In this document: positions 36,897-44,994 of the stretch, piece after piece
How the letters are laid out: the number at the start of each line of letters is the position of its first letter
Position numbering within the stretch: the first letter of the stretch is position 1
Source of the DNA: an uncultured Eubacteriales bacterium
GTDB lineage: Bacteria; Bacillota; Clostridia; Oscillospirales; JAKOTC01
Length of the DNA: 64,000 nt
Assembly: GCA_964587625.1 (NCBI GenBank)
Contig: CAZPLU010000010.1
Span: forward strand, 2,135-66,134
Direction: 5' to 3'
The notes under the pieces: model-generated
What the model was told of the DNA's origin: nothing
What the model saw: the letters and a program-made list of their open reading frames with translations, nothing else
Databases searched by the model: none
Translations under genes and position numbers: made by a program

Positions 36897-36946
36897 CCGA
36901 GATTCCTCATGAGCGTCATGAAATGACGCTTTGCGCTCGGAATGAC
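36897..36946 (-). repeat. Inverted copy of the same repeat family
   Basis: The minus strand reads GTCATTCCGAGCGCAAAGCGTCATTTCATGACGCTCATGAGGAATCTCGG. It faces the copy at 36802-36849 across a 47-nt AT-rich spacer. Confidence 0.5.
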
Positions 36947-36969
36947 AAAATTTGCGCATCGGAACGACA

Positions 36970-38172
36970 TTACTTCCCGAAAGCCACTTTTTCAATCTCG
37001 AACGCGATTTGCAATTCCTCGTTGGTCGGGATGATGTACACCGGAACAGTTGCATCCGGCGCGGAGATATTGGCTTCTTTGCCGTTCATCTTTTCATTCA
37101 GAACCGGGTCGATTTTGATGCCGAACCGTTCTAACCCCGCGCAGGAACCGGCGCGCAGCATCGGGGAGTGCTCGCCGATCCCGGCGGTGAAGACGACCGC
37201 GTCCAATCCGCCCATCTCAAAGGCGTAGGAGCCGATCAGCTTTTTGACATGGTAGCGCTGGATGTCGTTGGCGAGTTTTGCCCGTTCATTGCCGGCAAGT
37301 TCGGCCTCCTCAAGCTCGCGGCTGTCGCTGCCGATGCCCGAAACGCCCTGTAAACCGCTCTTTTTATTGACCAGCATGTTCAGGTCGGACAAAGACATCT
37401 TTTCTTTTTGAGCGATATAAAATAACGCCAGCGGGTCGATCATACCGCAGCGGGTGCCCATCAGCACGCCGTCGCAGGTGCCGAAGCCCATCGAAATGTC
37501 GACCGATTTGCCGCCGTCGACCGCGCAGATCGAAGCGCCGTTGCCGATGTGGCAGGTGACGATCTTGGTGTCCTTGGGGTTCTTGCCGAGCAGCTGTGCG
37601 GCGCGGTTCGCGACATATTGGTGTGAAATGCCGTGAAAGCCCATCTTGCGGACGGCGTATTTTTCGTAATATTCATACGGGATGCCGTAAATCGCATGCG
37701 CCATCGGCATGGTCTGGTGGAAAGAGGTGTCGAAAACGCAGACCTGGGGGATGTTTTTACCGAACATCTGGATGCAGGCGCGCACGGTGTTGGCCTCGGC
37801 GGGGTTGTGCAGCGGCGCGTATTCGGCGTATTTGTCGATGGTTGCGATCACCTTGTCGTCGGCGAGCACCGATTTGACGAGCTCCATGCCGCCGAAGACG
37901 ATGCGGTGCCCGACCGCTTTGATATCTTTAATTGTGTCGATTATCTTTGTCTCGCCGGAAGTGACCAATTGGATCACTTTTTTAAAAGTGATCATATGGT
38001 CGGGAAGGGCGGTCTCGATGGCGAGCTTCTTTCCGTCGGGGAATTTATATTTGATCCTGCCGTCAATGCCGATGCGCTCGCAGTTGATCTCGGCGAGCAC
38101 GCTGCGGGACTCCATTTCGATCAGCTGGCTTTTTAACGAAGAGCTCCCCGCGTTGATCACAAAAAAAATCAT
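36970..38172 (-). CDS. Acetate/propionate kinase family protein (second AckA paralogue)
   Basis: ORF to 38271, with the start set to the ATG at 38172 after GGAGGT (MIFFVINAGSSSLKSQLIEM). RKMGFHGISHQY and IIPTNEELQIAFE are conserved with ackA at 2952-4151. Confidence 0.9.
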   Translation of the reverse strand: MIFFVINAGSSSLKSQLIEMESRSVLAEINCERIGIDGRIKYKFPDGKKLAIETALPDHMITFKKVIQLVTSGETKIIDTIKDIKAVGHRIVFGGMELVKSVLADDKVIATIDKYAEYAPLHNPAEANTVRACIQMFGKNIPQVCVFDTSFHQTMPMAHAIYGIPYEYYEKYAVRKMGFHGISHQYVANRAAQLLGKNPKDTKIVTCHIGNGASICAVDGGKSVDISMGFGTCDGVLMGTRCGMIDPLALFYIAQKEKMSLSDLNMLVNKKSGLQGVSGIGSDSRELEEAELAGNERAKLANDIQRYHVKKLIGSYAFEMGGLDAVVFTAGIGEHSPMLRAGSCAGLERFGIKIDPVLNEKMNGKEANISAPDATVPVYIIPTNEELQIAFEIEKVAFGK

Positions 38173-38294
38173 GCCTGAATGTACCTCCGAAAAATAATGG
38201 ACGCCTTTGTCACCGATGATTGATTTTATCACATTCGACGGATTTTTGCAAATTTTATTGAGATCGATCATGCGGATCTTGCGCGAATTGCATA

Positions 38295-38323
38295 TTGAAA
38301 AAAGTTTGCCTGTATACTATAAT
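38295..38323 (+). promoter_or_regulatory. Sigma-A promoter for murC
   Basis: TTGAAA (38295-38300), a 17-nt spacer, then TATAAT (38318-38323), 29 nt upstream of the GTG at 38352. Confidence 0.65.
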
Positions 38324-38351
38324 TGCGACAGGATGTTATTTTGGGGAGTGA

Positions 38352-39722
38352 GTGTTTATTTATCGGTTTGATGCGCTCAAAGCGCGCAGGATTCATTTCA
38401 TCGGCATCGGCGGCAGCGGGATGTATCCGCTGGCGCAGATTTTACACAGTGAGGGCTATCAAATCACCGGTTCGGACAACAACCCGTCGCCCACGGTGGA
38501 CGCTGTGAAAAGCATGGGAATCCCCGTAAAAATGGGACATTTCCCGGAAAATATCGGGGACTGCGAGCTGGTTGTCTATACCGCCGCACTGCTCGAAGAC
38601 AACCCCGAACTGCTTGCCGCCAAAGCCAAAAGCATACCGACCATGACACGCGCGCAACTGCTCGGGACGGTTGTGAATTCTTATAAAAATGCCGTCGGGG
38701 TCTGCGGCACGCACGGAAAAACCACCTCGACCGCGATGCTGACCGAAATTTTTCTCAAAGCCGGAAAAGATCCGTCTGCGGTCATCGGCGGGAAATTACC
38801 TTCCATCGGCGGCAGCGGCAGGGTCGGGAACAGCGAATTTATGGCCTGCGAGGCAGACGAGTTCCGCGACACGTTTTTAAACATCCACCCCGCCCATTCA
38901 TTGATTTTGAATATCGACGAGGATCACCTCGAATATTTTAAAGACCTCGACAACATCATCAATTCCTTTGCAAAATTCGCGGATCAGACCAAAAAGATCG
39001 TCATTGCCAACGGCGACGATAAAAATACGCTGAAAGCCGTGGCGTTTTGCAAAACCGACATTGTTTTGTTCGGAACTTCCACCGGATGCCGTTATCAAGC
39101 CAAAAACATCGCGGAAAGCGGCTCTTATTTCTCCTTTGAAATTTATATTGACGGCGTTTCAATCGGCGCCGCCAACTTGAAAATTCCCGGAAGACATAAT
39201 GTTATGAACGCGCTCGGGGCGCTTGCGGCAGCCGATCAATGCGGCGTGGAGATGCAAACCGCAATAGATGCCGTCAACGAGTTTAAAGGCGCAGGAAGAC
39301 GATTCGAAACTATTGGAAAGTTTAACGGCTTTACACTCGTTGACGATTACGCGCACAATCCCACAGAGCTTGCCGCCACGATCAGCGCCGCCAAACTGAC
39401 CGATCACAAGCGCATCGTCGCCGTATTTCAACCGGTCACTTTTTCGCGCACCAAGCTGATGCTCGACGGTCTTGCCGATGCGTTGAATATGGCCGATCAG
39501 ACGATTTTGCTGCCGATTATGGGCGCAAGGGAAATCAACACCTTCGGCATTGACGCGGCGGATTTGGCGGCAAAAATCAAAAATTGCGTCCTGACAGACG
39601 GCTTTGAGTCGGCGGCAAGAGCAATCAATGAAAACGCCGCGTCCGGCGATCTGGTTTTAACGCTCGGCTGCGGCGATGTCTATAAGGTGATCCCGTATCT
39701 GAAGCAAATAATAAACGTTTAA
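38352..39722 (+). CDS. murC: UDP-N-acetylmuramate--L-alanine ligase
   Basis: 456 aa. It has IHFIGIGGSGM and GTHGKTTSTAM motifs and a Mur ligase C-terminal domain. Confidence 0.95.
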   Translation: MFIYRFDALKARRIHFIGIGGSGMYPLAQILHSEGYQITGSDNNPSPTVDAVKSMGIPVKMGHFPENIGDCELVVYTAALLEDNPELLAAKAKSIPTMTRAQLLGTVVNSYKNAVGVCGTHGKTTSTAMLTEIFLKAGKDPSAVIGGKLPSIGGSGRVGNSEFMACEADEFRDTFLNIHPAHSLILNIDEDHLEYFKDLDNIINSFAKFADQTKKIVIANGDDKNTLKAVAFCKTDIVLFGTSTGCRYQAKNIAESGSYFSFEIYIDGVSIGAANLKIPGRHNVMNALGALAAADQCGVEMQTAIDAVNEFKGAGRRFETIGKFNGFTLVDDYAHNPTELAATISAAKLTDHKRIVAVFQPVTFSRTKLMLDGLADALNMADQTILLPIMGAREINTFGIDAADLAAKIKNCVLTDGFESAARAINENAASGDLVLTLGCGDVYKVIPYLKQIINV

Positions 39723-39731
39723 TTGATGCCG

Positions 39732-40211
39732 CTATTTCACCCTTGTGAAATTGTAAATCTCGTCCGCCAAATCGGCCATCTTGGCACTTGCGAAGTTTCC
39801 CGTGACCAGCACGTCCAACCGGTCTGGTCTTGAGCGCAGCCAGTCGGTCAAAATCCCCTCGTAAAGCGTGCCGAACGCGGTCGCGTCGGAGATATAATCG
39901 AATATCGCCAGTTCAAAGCCGCCGAAAGCGGCTTTATTTGTTGCCGTTTCGAAATAATCGGTGTTGTCGAGCAGCGAGTAGCGCAGTTTTTCATCGCTCA
40001 TCTCGGTATAATTTGAACCGGTCGGGTGGGAGGGTTGAAAGACCCGTAATTTCGGATTGTCCACCCCTGTAAAGGCCTTATGCTTTTCATTGTTGGAGAA
40101 GTCGGTATAAAAAACTTTTTTTCCGGCATGGACATAGGCCTTCGCAATTCCCCAAACCGCGGCGTCCATGGCGTGGGTCCCGCCGTAGTATAAGATGATT
40201 TTATGCTCCAT
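39732..40211 (-). CDS. CobA/CobO/BtuR-like protein lacking the Walker A P-loop
   Basis: ORF to 40427, with the start set to the ATG at 40211 after GGGAGG (MEHKIILYYGG). IILYYGGTHAMDAAVWGIAKAYVHAGKKV aligns by eye to IxVxTGNGKGKTTAAxGxAxRAxGHGxxV of corrinoid adenosyltransferases, and the C-terminal FELAIFDYI...RPDRLDVLVTGNFASAKMADLADEI matches the family tail. Confidence 0.6.
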   Translation of the reverse strand: MEHKIILYYGGTHAMDAAVWGIAKAYVHAGKKVFYTDFSNNEKHKAFTGVDNPKLRVFQPSHPTGSNYTEMSDEKLRYSLLDNTDYFETATNKAAFGGFELAIFDYISDATAFGTLYEGILTDWLRSRPDRLDVLVTGNFASAKMADLADEIYNFTRVK

Positions 40212-40275
40212 CAAGCGCCGCCTCCCGTCAATGGCTGTCAAAAGCATAACACATTCCGACAAAAAAATAAAGCGC

Positions 40276-40302
40276 ATATCACAACTGAGACAAGCATAAG
40301 AT
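40276..40302 (+). promoter_or_regulatory. Candidate sigma-E-type promoter for the spoIIIA operon
   Basis: GCATATC, then 14 nt, then CATAAGAT. This matches 6/7 and 6/8 positions of the kmATATT-N14-CATACAmT pattern known for B. subtilis sigma-E. It lies 16 nt upstream of the annotated GTG. Confidence 0.35.
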
Positions 40303-40317
40303 TTTCGTGAAACGGAG

Positions 40318-41250
40318 GTGGGGGATACGGACGCCTTTGAAAGCGCTTCAGCGGCCTTGGGCGGGGTGTTTTGCAGGATGCTCTCCGCGGTCAGCCGGGC
40401 GCAGAAAGACCGCGCGACCGAGATCACACTGCGCAGAGAGCGCTGCTTTTGCGTGGATGACGGGAATGAGACCGTGTTTTTTACAAAGACCGGCTGCCTT
40501 TGCAGGGACTCGGCCTTTCAGCTCTACAAACCCTCGGCCGAGGAGATGGAGGAATGTCTGTTTCGGCTCTGCGACTATTCCGTCCAGACCCACCGCGACC
40601 AGATCTCACAGGGTTATATCACCGTAAAGGGCGGTCATCGCGCGGGGATTTGCGGAAACGCGGTCAAGGACATGTCAGGAAAAATCATAAATTTCAACGA
40701 CATCTCGACGATTCGGCTGCGAATTTCGCGAAATATTCCGGGCGTTGCCGACCGGTTGAACGAACTTTTTCTCGGCCCGAATTCGGACACGCTTCGCTCA
40801 CTTTTAATCGCGGGCGCGCCCGGAACGGGCAAAACCACGCTTCTTCGGGACATGGCAAACGCGCTTTCCAATGCGCGGTACGGGAGATTTTTCACCGTAG
40901 CGGCGGCGGATGAACGCGGCGAATTGATCCCCGAAGGCGTCTGTTGCGACGTCATTCACGGCATGCCGAAAGCCGAGGCGATTTTACTTGCGATTCGAAA
41001 TCTCAAGCCGGACGCGGTATTGTGCGACGAAATCGGCACATCGGCGGAAGCGATTGCTTTGACACAGGCGGTGAACAGCGGTGTCGCTGTATATGCATCG
41101 ATTCACGCGGGCAGCGCCGAGGAACTGCTGTTGAAACCGCAGATGCAAATCCTGTCACAAAATCGGGTGTTTCAAAGAGCGGTGCTGTTGTCCGGATACG
41201 ACGACGTCGGATACCGTTATGCGCGTATTGAGCTGGGAGCGGCGGGTTAA
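40318..41250 (+). CDS. spoIIIAA: Stage III sporulation protein AA (AAA+ ATPase)
   Basis: 310 aa with Walker A LLIAGAPGTGKTTLLRDM. It is the first gene of an eight-gene spoIIIA cluster. The start is uncertain, because the GTG at 40318 sits inside its own putative SD and there is an alternative ATG at 40378. Confidence 0.88.
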   Translation: MGDTDAFESASAALGGVFCRMLSAVSRAQKDRATEITLRRERCFCVDDGNETVFFTKTGCLCRDSAFQLYKPSAEEMEECLFRLCDYSVQTHRDQISQGYITVKGGHRAGICGNAVKDMSGKIINFNDISTIRLRISRNIPGVADRLNELFLGPNSDTLRSLLIAGAPGTGKTTLLRDMANALSNARYGRFFTVAAADERGELIPEGVCCDVIHGMPKAEAILLAIRNLKPDAVLCDEIGTSAEAIALTQAVNSGVAVYASIHAGSAEELLLKPQMQILSQNRVFQRAVLLSGYDDVGYRYARIELGAAG

Positions 41251-41251
41251 A

Positions 41252-41752
41252 ATGCGTCTCGCGGCGGCGTTGCTGGTCTGCCTTGCGTCCGTGCTGATCG
41301 GGTTTTCACAGGCGGCGCAGCTTAAAAAACGCAAGGCGGCTTTAGAGGAACTTCGAAAGGTGATCGCGGAAATCGGAGGTCTGTTGAGATACGAAAACGC
41401 CTCGACCGACGCCATATTCGGCAGAATCGGGCGGCTGGAGCTGACGCACCTCGGCGCCTTTTTTACGAATTGGCGCATTCTCGGCAAAAGAACCGATCCG
41501 ATGACGGCGCTGGAAAAAGCCGCGGCCGAACTGCCGGAATATTTTACGAAAGCCGATGGGGAGCTGATCAGGCAGTTGGGCGCGTTTTTAGGGCGCAGCG
41601 ACGCGCAGACGCAGACCAACTTGTGTTTACAATTGGAAGAAAAATGCGGCGTTCTTCTCGATGAGTACAGACGGGATCGGGGCAATTTGGCGGGGCTCTA
41701 TCAAAAACTAGGCGTTTTGATCGGCATCGCCGCCGCAATTTTGATTTTATAA
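41252..41752 (+). CDS. spoIIIAB: Stage III sporulation protein AB
   Basis: Start trimmed to the ATG at 41252, 1 nt after the spoIIIAA stop (MRLAAALLVCLASVLIGF). It has N- and C-terminal TM helices, and its size and position fit SpoIIIAB. Confidence 0.85.
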   Translation: MRLAAALLVCLASVLIGFSQAAQLKKRKAALEELRKVIAEIGGLLRYENASTDAIFGRIGRLELTHLGAFFTNWRILGKRTDPMTALEKAAAELPEYFTKADGELIRQLGAFLGRSDAQTQTNLCLQLEEKCGVLLDEYRRDRGNLAGLYQKLGVLIGIAAAILIL

Positions 41753-41786
41753 AGTTTTTCGCCGCACAGCGAGGGAAGGGAACACA

Positions 41787-41984
41787 ATGCTGGACATCAA
41801 TTTCATCTTCAAAATTGCGGCAATCGGAATCATCGTGGCCGTGTTGAATCAGATTCTCGTACGCGCCGGCCGCGAGGAACAGGCGATGCTGACGACGCTT
41901 GCCGGGTTGATCGTCGTGCTTTCGATGATCGTCTATGAAATCAGCGGGTTGTTTCGCAACATCAAATCGCTGTTCGGATTATGA
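41787..41984 (+). CDS. spoIIIAC: Stage III sporulation protein AC
   Basis: 65 aa with two TM helices. FKIAAIGIIVAVLNQILVRAGREEQA is typical of SpoIIIAC. Confidence 0.9.
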   Translation: MLDINFIFKIAAIGIIVAVLNQILVRAGREEQAMLTTLAGLIVVLSMIVYEISGLFRNIKSLFGL

Positions 41985-42373
41985 GCATCGACATCATCGC
42001 CGTGGCGCTTTTGGGCATGGTAACCGCTGTCATTTGCGTGATTATCAGGCAATACAAGCCGGAATTCAGCGCGGCGCTTGCGATCGGATTTTCGGTGATT
42101 TTAATGCTGTATCTGCTCACAAAAATCGCGCCGATTGTCAATGCAATGGAGACGTTGGCAACGCAGAGCGGAATCCCGTCCGAATTTTTTTCCGCGGTCA
42201 CGAAAGCGCTGGGCATCAGCATTTTGGTCGGACTTGCCTGCGACAGCTGCATCGATGTCGGTCAAAACTCCCTCGCATCAAATATCGAACTCGCCGGGAA
42301 AATCGCAATTATTTTGCTTTGTATTCCCTTGATCGGCGAGATTGTGGAAGTGATCAAAAAATTGCTGTTATGA
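41981..42373 (+). CDS. spoIIIAD: Stage III sporulation protein AD
   Basis: 130-aa polytopic protein. It overlaps the spoIIIAC stop (ATGA) and occupies the conserved position. Confidence 0.88.
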   Translation: MSIDIIAVALLGMVTAVICVIIRQYKPEFSAALAIGFSVILMLYLLTKIAPIVNAMETLATQSGIPSEFFSAVTKALGISILVGLACDSCIDVGQNSLASNIELAGKIAIILLCIPLIGEIVEVIKKLLL

Positions 42374-43539
42374 AAAACAACAAGCGAATAAAAAAGAAGC
42401 GGACAGCGGCACTGATCGTGGGGGCTTTGATTGCTTTAAATCTATTCTGCTTTTCGGCAGGCGCGCTCACCCAAGAGGAATATGATCAATTGATCGGTGA
42501 GCAGCTGACCGAATTCGGCGCCGACGAAGTCGAGCAGCTCCCCGACGCGCAGACAAAAGCGCTGCTTGAACAGATGGGTCTTGAGGAAATCAATCCCGCG
42601 GAGTATTTGCAGCTCCAGCCCGAGACCATGGCGGAGATCATTTCCGCGTTGACGAAAAAGAACTATCCCGCGCCGCTTGCCGCCTGTTTCGCCATCTGTG
42701 CGGTCTTGCTGATCGGGCAAATGATGAATGGTTTGAGGCCGGAAAAAAGACCCGGATTTGAAAAGGTCTTTCAATATTTTGCGGTTGTTGCGGCCGCTTC
42801 GGCCATCATGGTCCCGCTGGTCAATCGCATCGGCGAATCGTTCGGGCGCCTTGAAGAGGCGTCGGTGTTCATGACGGGATTCATCCCCGTGTTTTCGGTG
42901 GCGGCATCGGCTTCCGGGCAGCCGATCTCAGCCACGGTTTCGGCGGCGTCTCTGCTCGCCGTTGCAGAAATCGTCATATGGGCGGTCAAGAGCGCGGTCA
43001 TTCCCGCCTGCGGCGTTTTTATGGCGTTCGGCGTCGTCGGAGGCATCACGGACAGCGCCGATTTGCAAAAATTATCCGCGTTTTTCAAAGGCCTGATCGT
43101 ATGGGTGTTGGGAGCATCCGCCACCGTTTTGGTCGGAATGATGTCGTTGAAGGCCTATCTGACCTCCGCGGCGGATTCCGTGACCATCCGGACCTTAAAA
43201 ATGCTGGTCTCGGGTTCGGTGCCGATTGTCGGCGGCGGATTGTCGGACGCGGTTTCTTCGGTGGTCTCCTGTTTTTCGATCATCAAAAACGCTTTCGGGT
43301 TTTTCGGCGTTGCGGCTGTTTTATTGTGCGTTCTGCCGGAGATTATTTCGGTCGTTTTGTGGAAGCTGGCGGTGGGGTTATGCGCGGCCATGGCCTCTGC
43401 CACCGACCAAAAAGGCATTTCGAAGCTGCTCAAGACGCTGGGGGATATGCTGTCGATCGTGATTGCGGCGCTGGTTTTGACCGCGCTTGTTTTTATTGTG
43501 GGGATCACGGTTATGATGAAGACCTACGGAGGCATATAA
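42370..43539 (+). CDS. spoIIIAE: Stage III sporulation protein AE
   Basis: The start is the ATG at 42370, overlapping the spoIIIAD stop (MKNNKRIKKKRTAALIVGALIAL signal-like N-terminus). It is a polytopic permease-like protein. The 534-aa track ORF from 41935 is an out-of-context extension. Confidence 0.88.
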   Translation: MKNNKRIKKKRTAALIVGALIALNLFCFSAGALTQEEYDQLIGEQLTEFGADEVEQLPDAQTKALLEQMGLEEINPAEYLQLQPETMAEIISALTKKNYPAPLAACFAICAVLLIGQMMNGLRPEKRPGFEKVFQYFAVVAAASAIMVPLVNRIGESFGRLEEASVFMTGFIPVFSVAASASGQPISATVSAASLLAVAEIVIWAVKSAVIPACGVFMAFGVVGGITDSADLQKLSAFFKGLIVWVLGASATVLVGMMSLKAYLTSAADSVTIRTLKMLVSGSVPIVGGGLSDAVSSVVSCFSIIKNAFGFFGVAAVLLCVLPEIISVVLWKLAVGLCAAMASATDQKGISKLLKTLGDMLSIVIAALVLTALVFIVGITVMMKTYGGI

Positions 43540-43542
43540 ATC

Positions 43543-43965
43543 ATGTTGAGGAACTGGTGCATCGGCCTTTGCGCCGGGGGGATTTTTTGCTCGATCATCC
43601 AACTGCTCTCACCGCCGAAACGGACGGAAAAAGTCCTAAAATTCGCCTGCTGTCTGTTGTTTTGTCTTTGTTTTTGTCTGCCGCTCCTCGGCGCGAAACT
43701 GCCCGAAGTCGCTTTTCAATCGGCGTTTTCGACGTCGGCTTCCGAGTATTCGTACAGGGAACTCAACAGCGGCGTGGAGTTTTTGATCATGAAGAAGCTG
43801 ACGGCCGCAGGTGTAAAGGTCAAGCGCGTGACCGTGGAGGTGCAGAGCGAGACACCGATGGCAATCGTCGAAATCAATCGGGCGCAGGCCGTGGCATTTA
43901 TCCTGGTTGAAAACTGTATCAGGGAAAATTTCGATATGGAAACAGAGCTCGTGTTTTCGGATTGA
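43543..43965 (+). CDS. spoIIIAF: Stage III sporulation protein AF
   Basis: 140 aa with two N-terminal TM helices, in the conserved operon position. Confidence 0.8.
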   Translation: MLRNWCIGLCAGGIFCSIIQLLSPPKRTEKVLKFACCLLFCLCFCLPLLGAKLPEVAFQSAFSTSASEYSYRELNSGVEFLIMKKLTAAGVKVKRVTVEVQSETPMAIVEINRAQAVAFILVENCIRENFDMETELVFSD

Positions 43966-43974
43966 GGTGATTTT

Positions 43975-44400
43975 TTGTCCGTCATTGAAAAATTGACGCA
44001 ATATTTCGGAAAAAACAAAAAGCTGCGCATTGCCGTTGTTGCCCTGTTGGTGACCGCGGTGATACTGCTTGCACTGTCCGAATTTATAAAAACCGCGTCA
44101 CAAAATACACAAACCGGCTCAATGTCGGAATATACGCAGCTGTTGGAGCATAAAGTTAGCAACTTGCTCAGCCGTGTCGACGGGGTTGGCCGCATTGAGG
44201 TGGTGATCACACTGCAGGCGAGTGCCGAACCGGGCGCGGATGGTGTTATGACCCAAGCGAGAACGGATATCCGAGGCGTTGTCATCCTCTGCGACGGCGG
44301 CGACGACATTAAAACGGTATCCAAGATCACCGAGATCGTGTCGGCGGCCCTTAACATCGGCTACAATCAAATCTACATCACAAAAATGAGCAGCGAATAG
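43975..44400 (+). CDS. spoIIIAG: Stage III sporulation protein AG
   Basis: 141 aa with a TTG start after GAGGTGA. It has one TM helix, and the C-terminal segment GVGRIEVVITL...IRGVVILCDGGDD is typical of SpoIIIAG. Confidence 0.85.
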   Translation: MSVIEKLTQYFGKNKKLRIAVVALLVTAVILLALSEFIKTASQNTQTGSMSEYTQLLEHKVSNLLSRVDGVGRIEVVITLQASAEPGADGVMTQARTDIRGVVILCDGGDDIKTVSKITEIVSAALNIGYNQIYITKMSSE

Positions 44401-44414
44401 GAGGCAATTTTCAG

Positions 44415-44957
44415 ATGAATAACGGAAAGCGGCAGATCATTCTGGCGGCCTTGGTGGTGGCGTTGGGAGTGACGGTATATCTCAGCTGGGTATTCGGCAA
44501 CCAGACGCCGCTGACCGATATGACCGGCGCAACCAATCTCAGCGATGTGATCGATGTCGGAAACACCAATATCGAGGGTATCGAAGGAATATTAACCGAA
44601 AATGCCGAAAAATATTTTACGACCGCTCGGCTGTCGCGTCAAAAGACCCGTGACGAGGCAATTCAGACCTTGCAGGAGACCATCAACAACGCCACCGACG
44701 AGGAGGTTAAAATGACCGTTGCGCAGTCGGTTTTGGTCATGGCGGATCATATTGAAGCCGAGGGACGGATTGAAAATCTTGTGATGGCAAAGGGTTTTGC
44801 CGACTGCATGGCCTACATCAACGGCAGCACGGTCAGCGTGGTGGTCGCCACAGGAGAAGACGGTTTGACCGCGAGTCAGGCCGCGCAGATCCAAGATATC
44901 GCGGTCTCCGAGACAGGCGCGGATGTCGAAAACATCCGTATCATCGAAATGAAGTAA
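44415..44957 (+). CDS. spoIIIAH: Stage III sporulation protein AH
   Basis: 180 aa with the ATG after GGAGG. It has an N-terminal TM helix and a C-terminal YscJ/FliF-like region (GFADCMAYINGSTVSVVV). Confidence 0.85.
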   Translation: MNNGKRQIILAALVVALGVTVYLSWVFGNQTPLTDMTGATNLSDVIDVGNTNIEGIEGILTENAEKYFTTARLSRQKTRDEAIQTLQETINNATDEEVKMTVAQSVLVMADHIEAEGRIENLVMAKGFADCMAYINGSTVSVVVATGEDGLTASQAAQIQDIAVSETGADVENIRIIEMK

Positions 44958-44965
44958 GTTTCCGG

Positions 44966-44994
44966 TTGAAATAGCCGCTTTTGTGTGGTATAAT
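44966..44994 (+). promoter_or_regulatory. Consensus sigma-A promoter embedded in the spoIIIA terminator (probable nusB operon promoter)
   Basis: TTGAAA (44966-44971), a 17-nt spacer ending in TGG, then TATAAT (44989-44994). The -10 element lies in the loop of the terminator hairpin. Confidence 0.6.

Noticed and set aside
41935-42369. A long N-terminal extension of the spoIIIAE ORF (534 aa from 41935).
   Set aside because: It overlaps spoIIIAC and spoIIIAD in another frame and has His/Arg-rich junk composition. The ATG at 42370 overlaps the spoIIIAD stop and begins with a signal-like sequence.
42978-43910. A 310-aa plus-strand ORF out of frame across spoIIIAE and spoIIIAF.
   Set aside because: It is Arg/Gly-rich and overlaps two genes that have the correct membrane-protein character and operon spacing.
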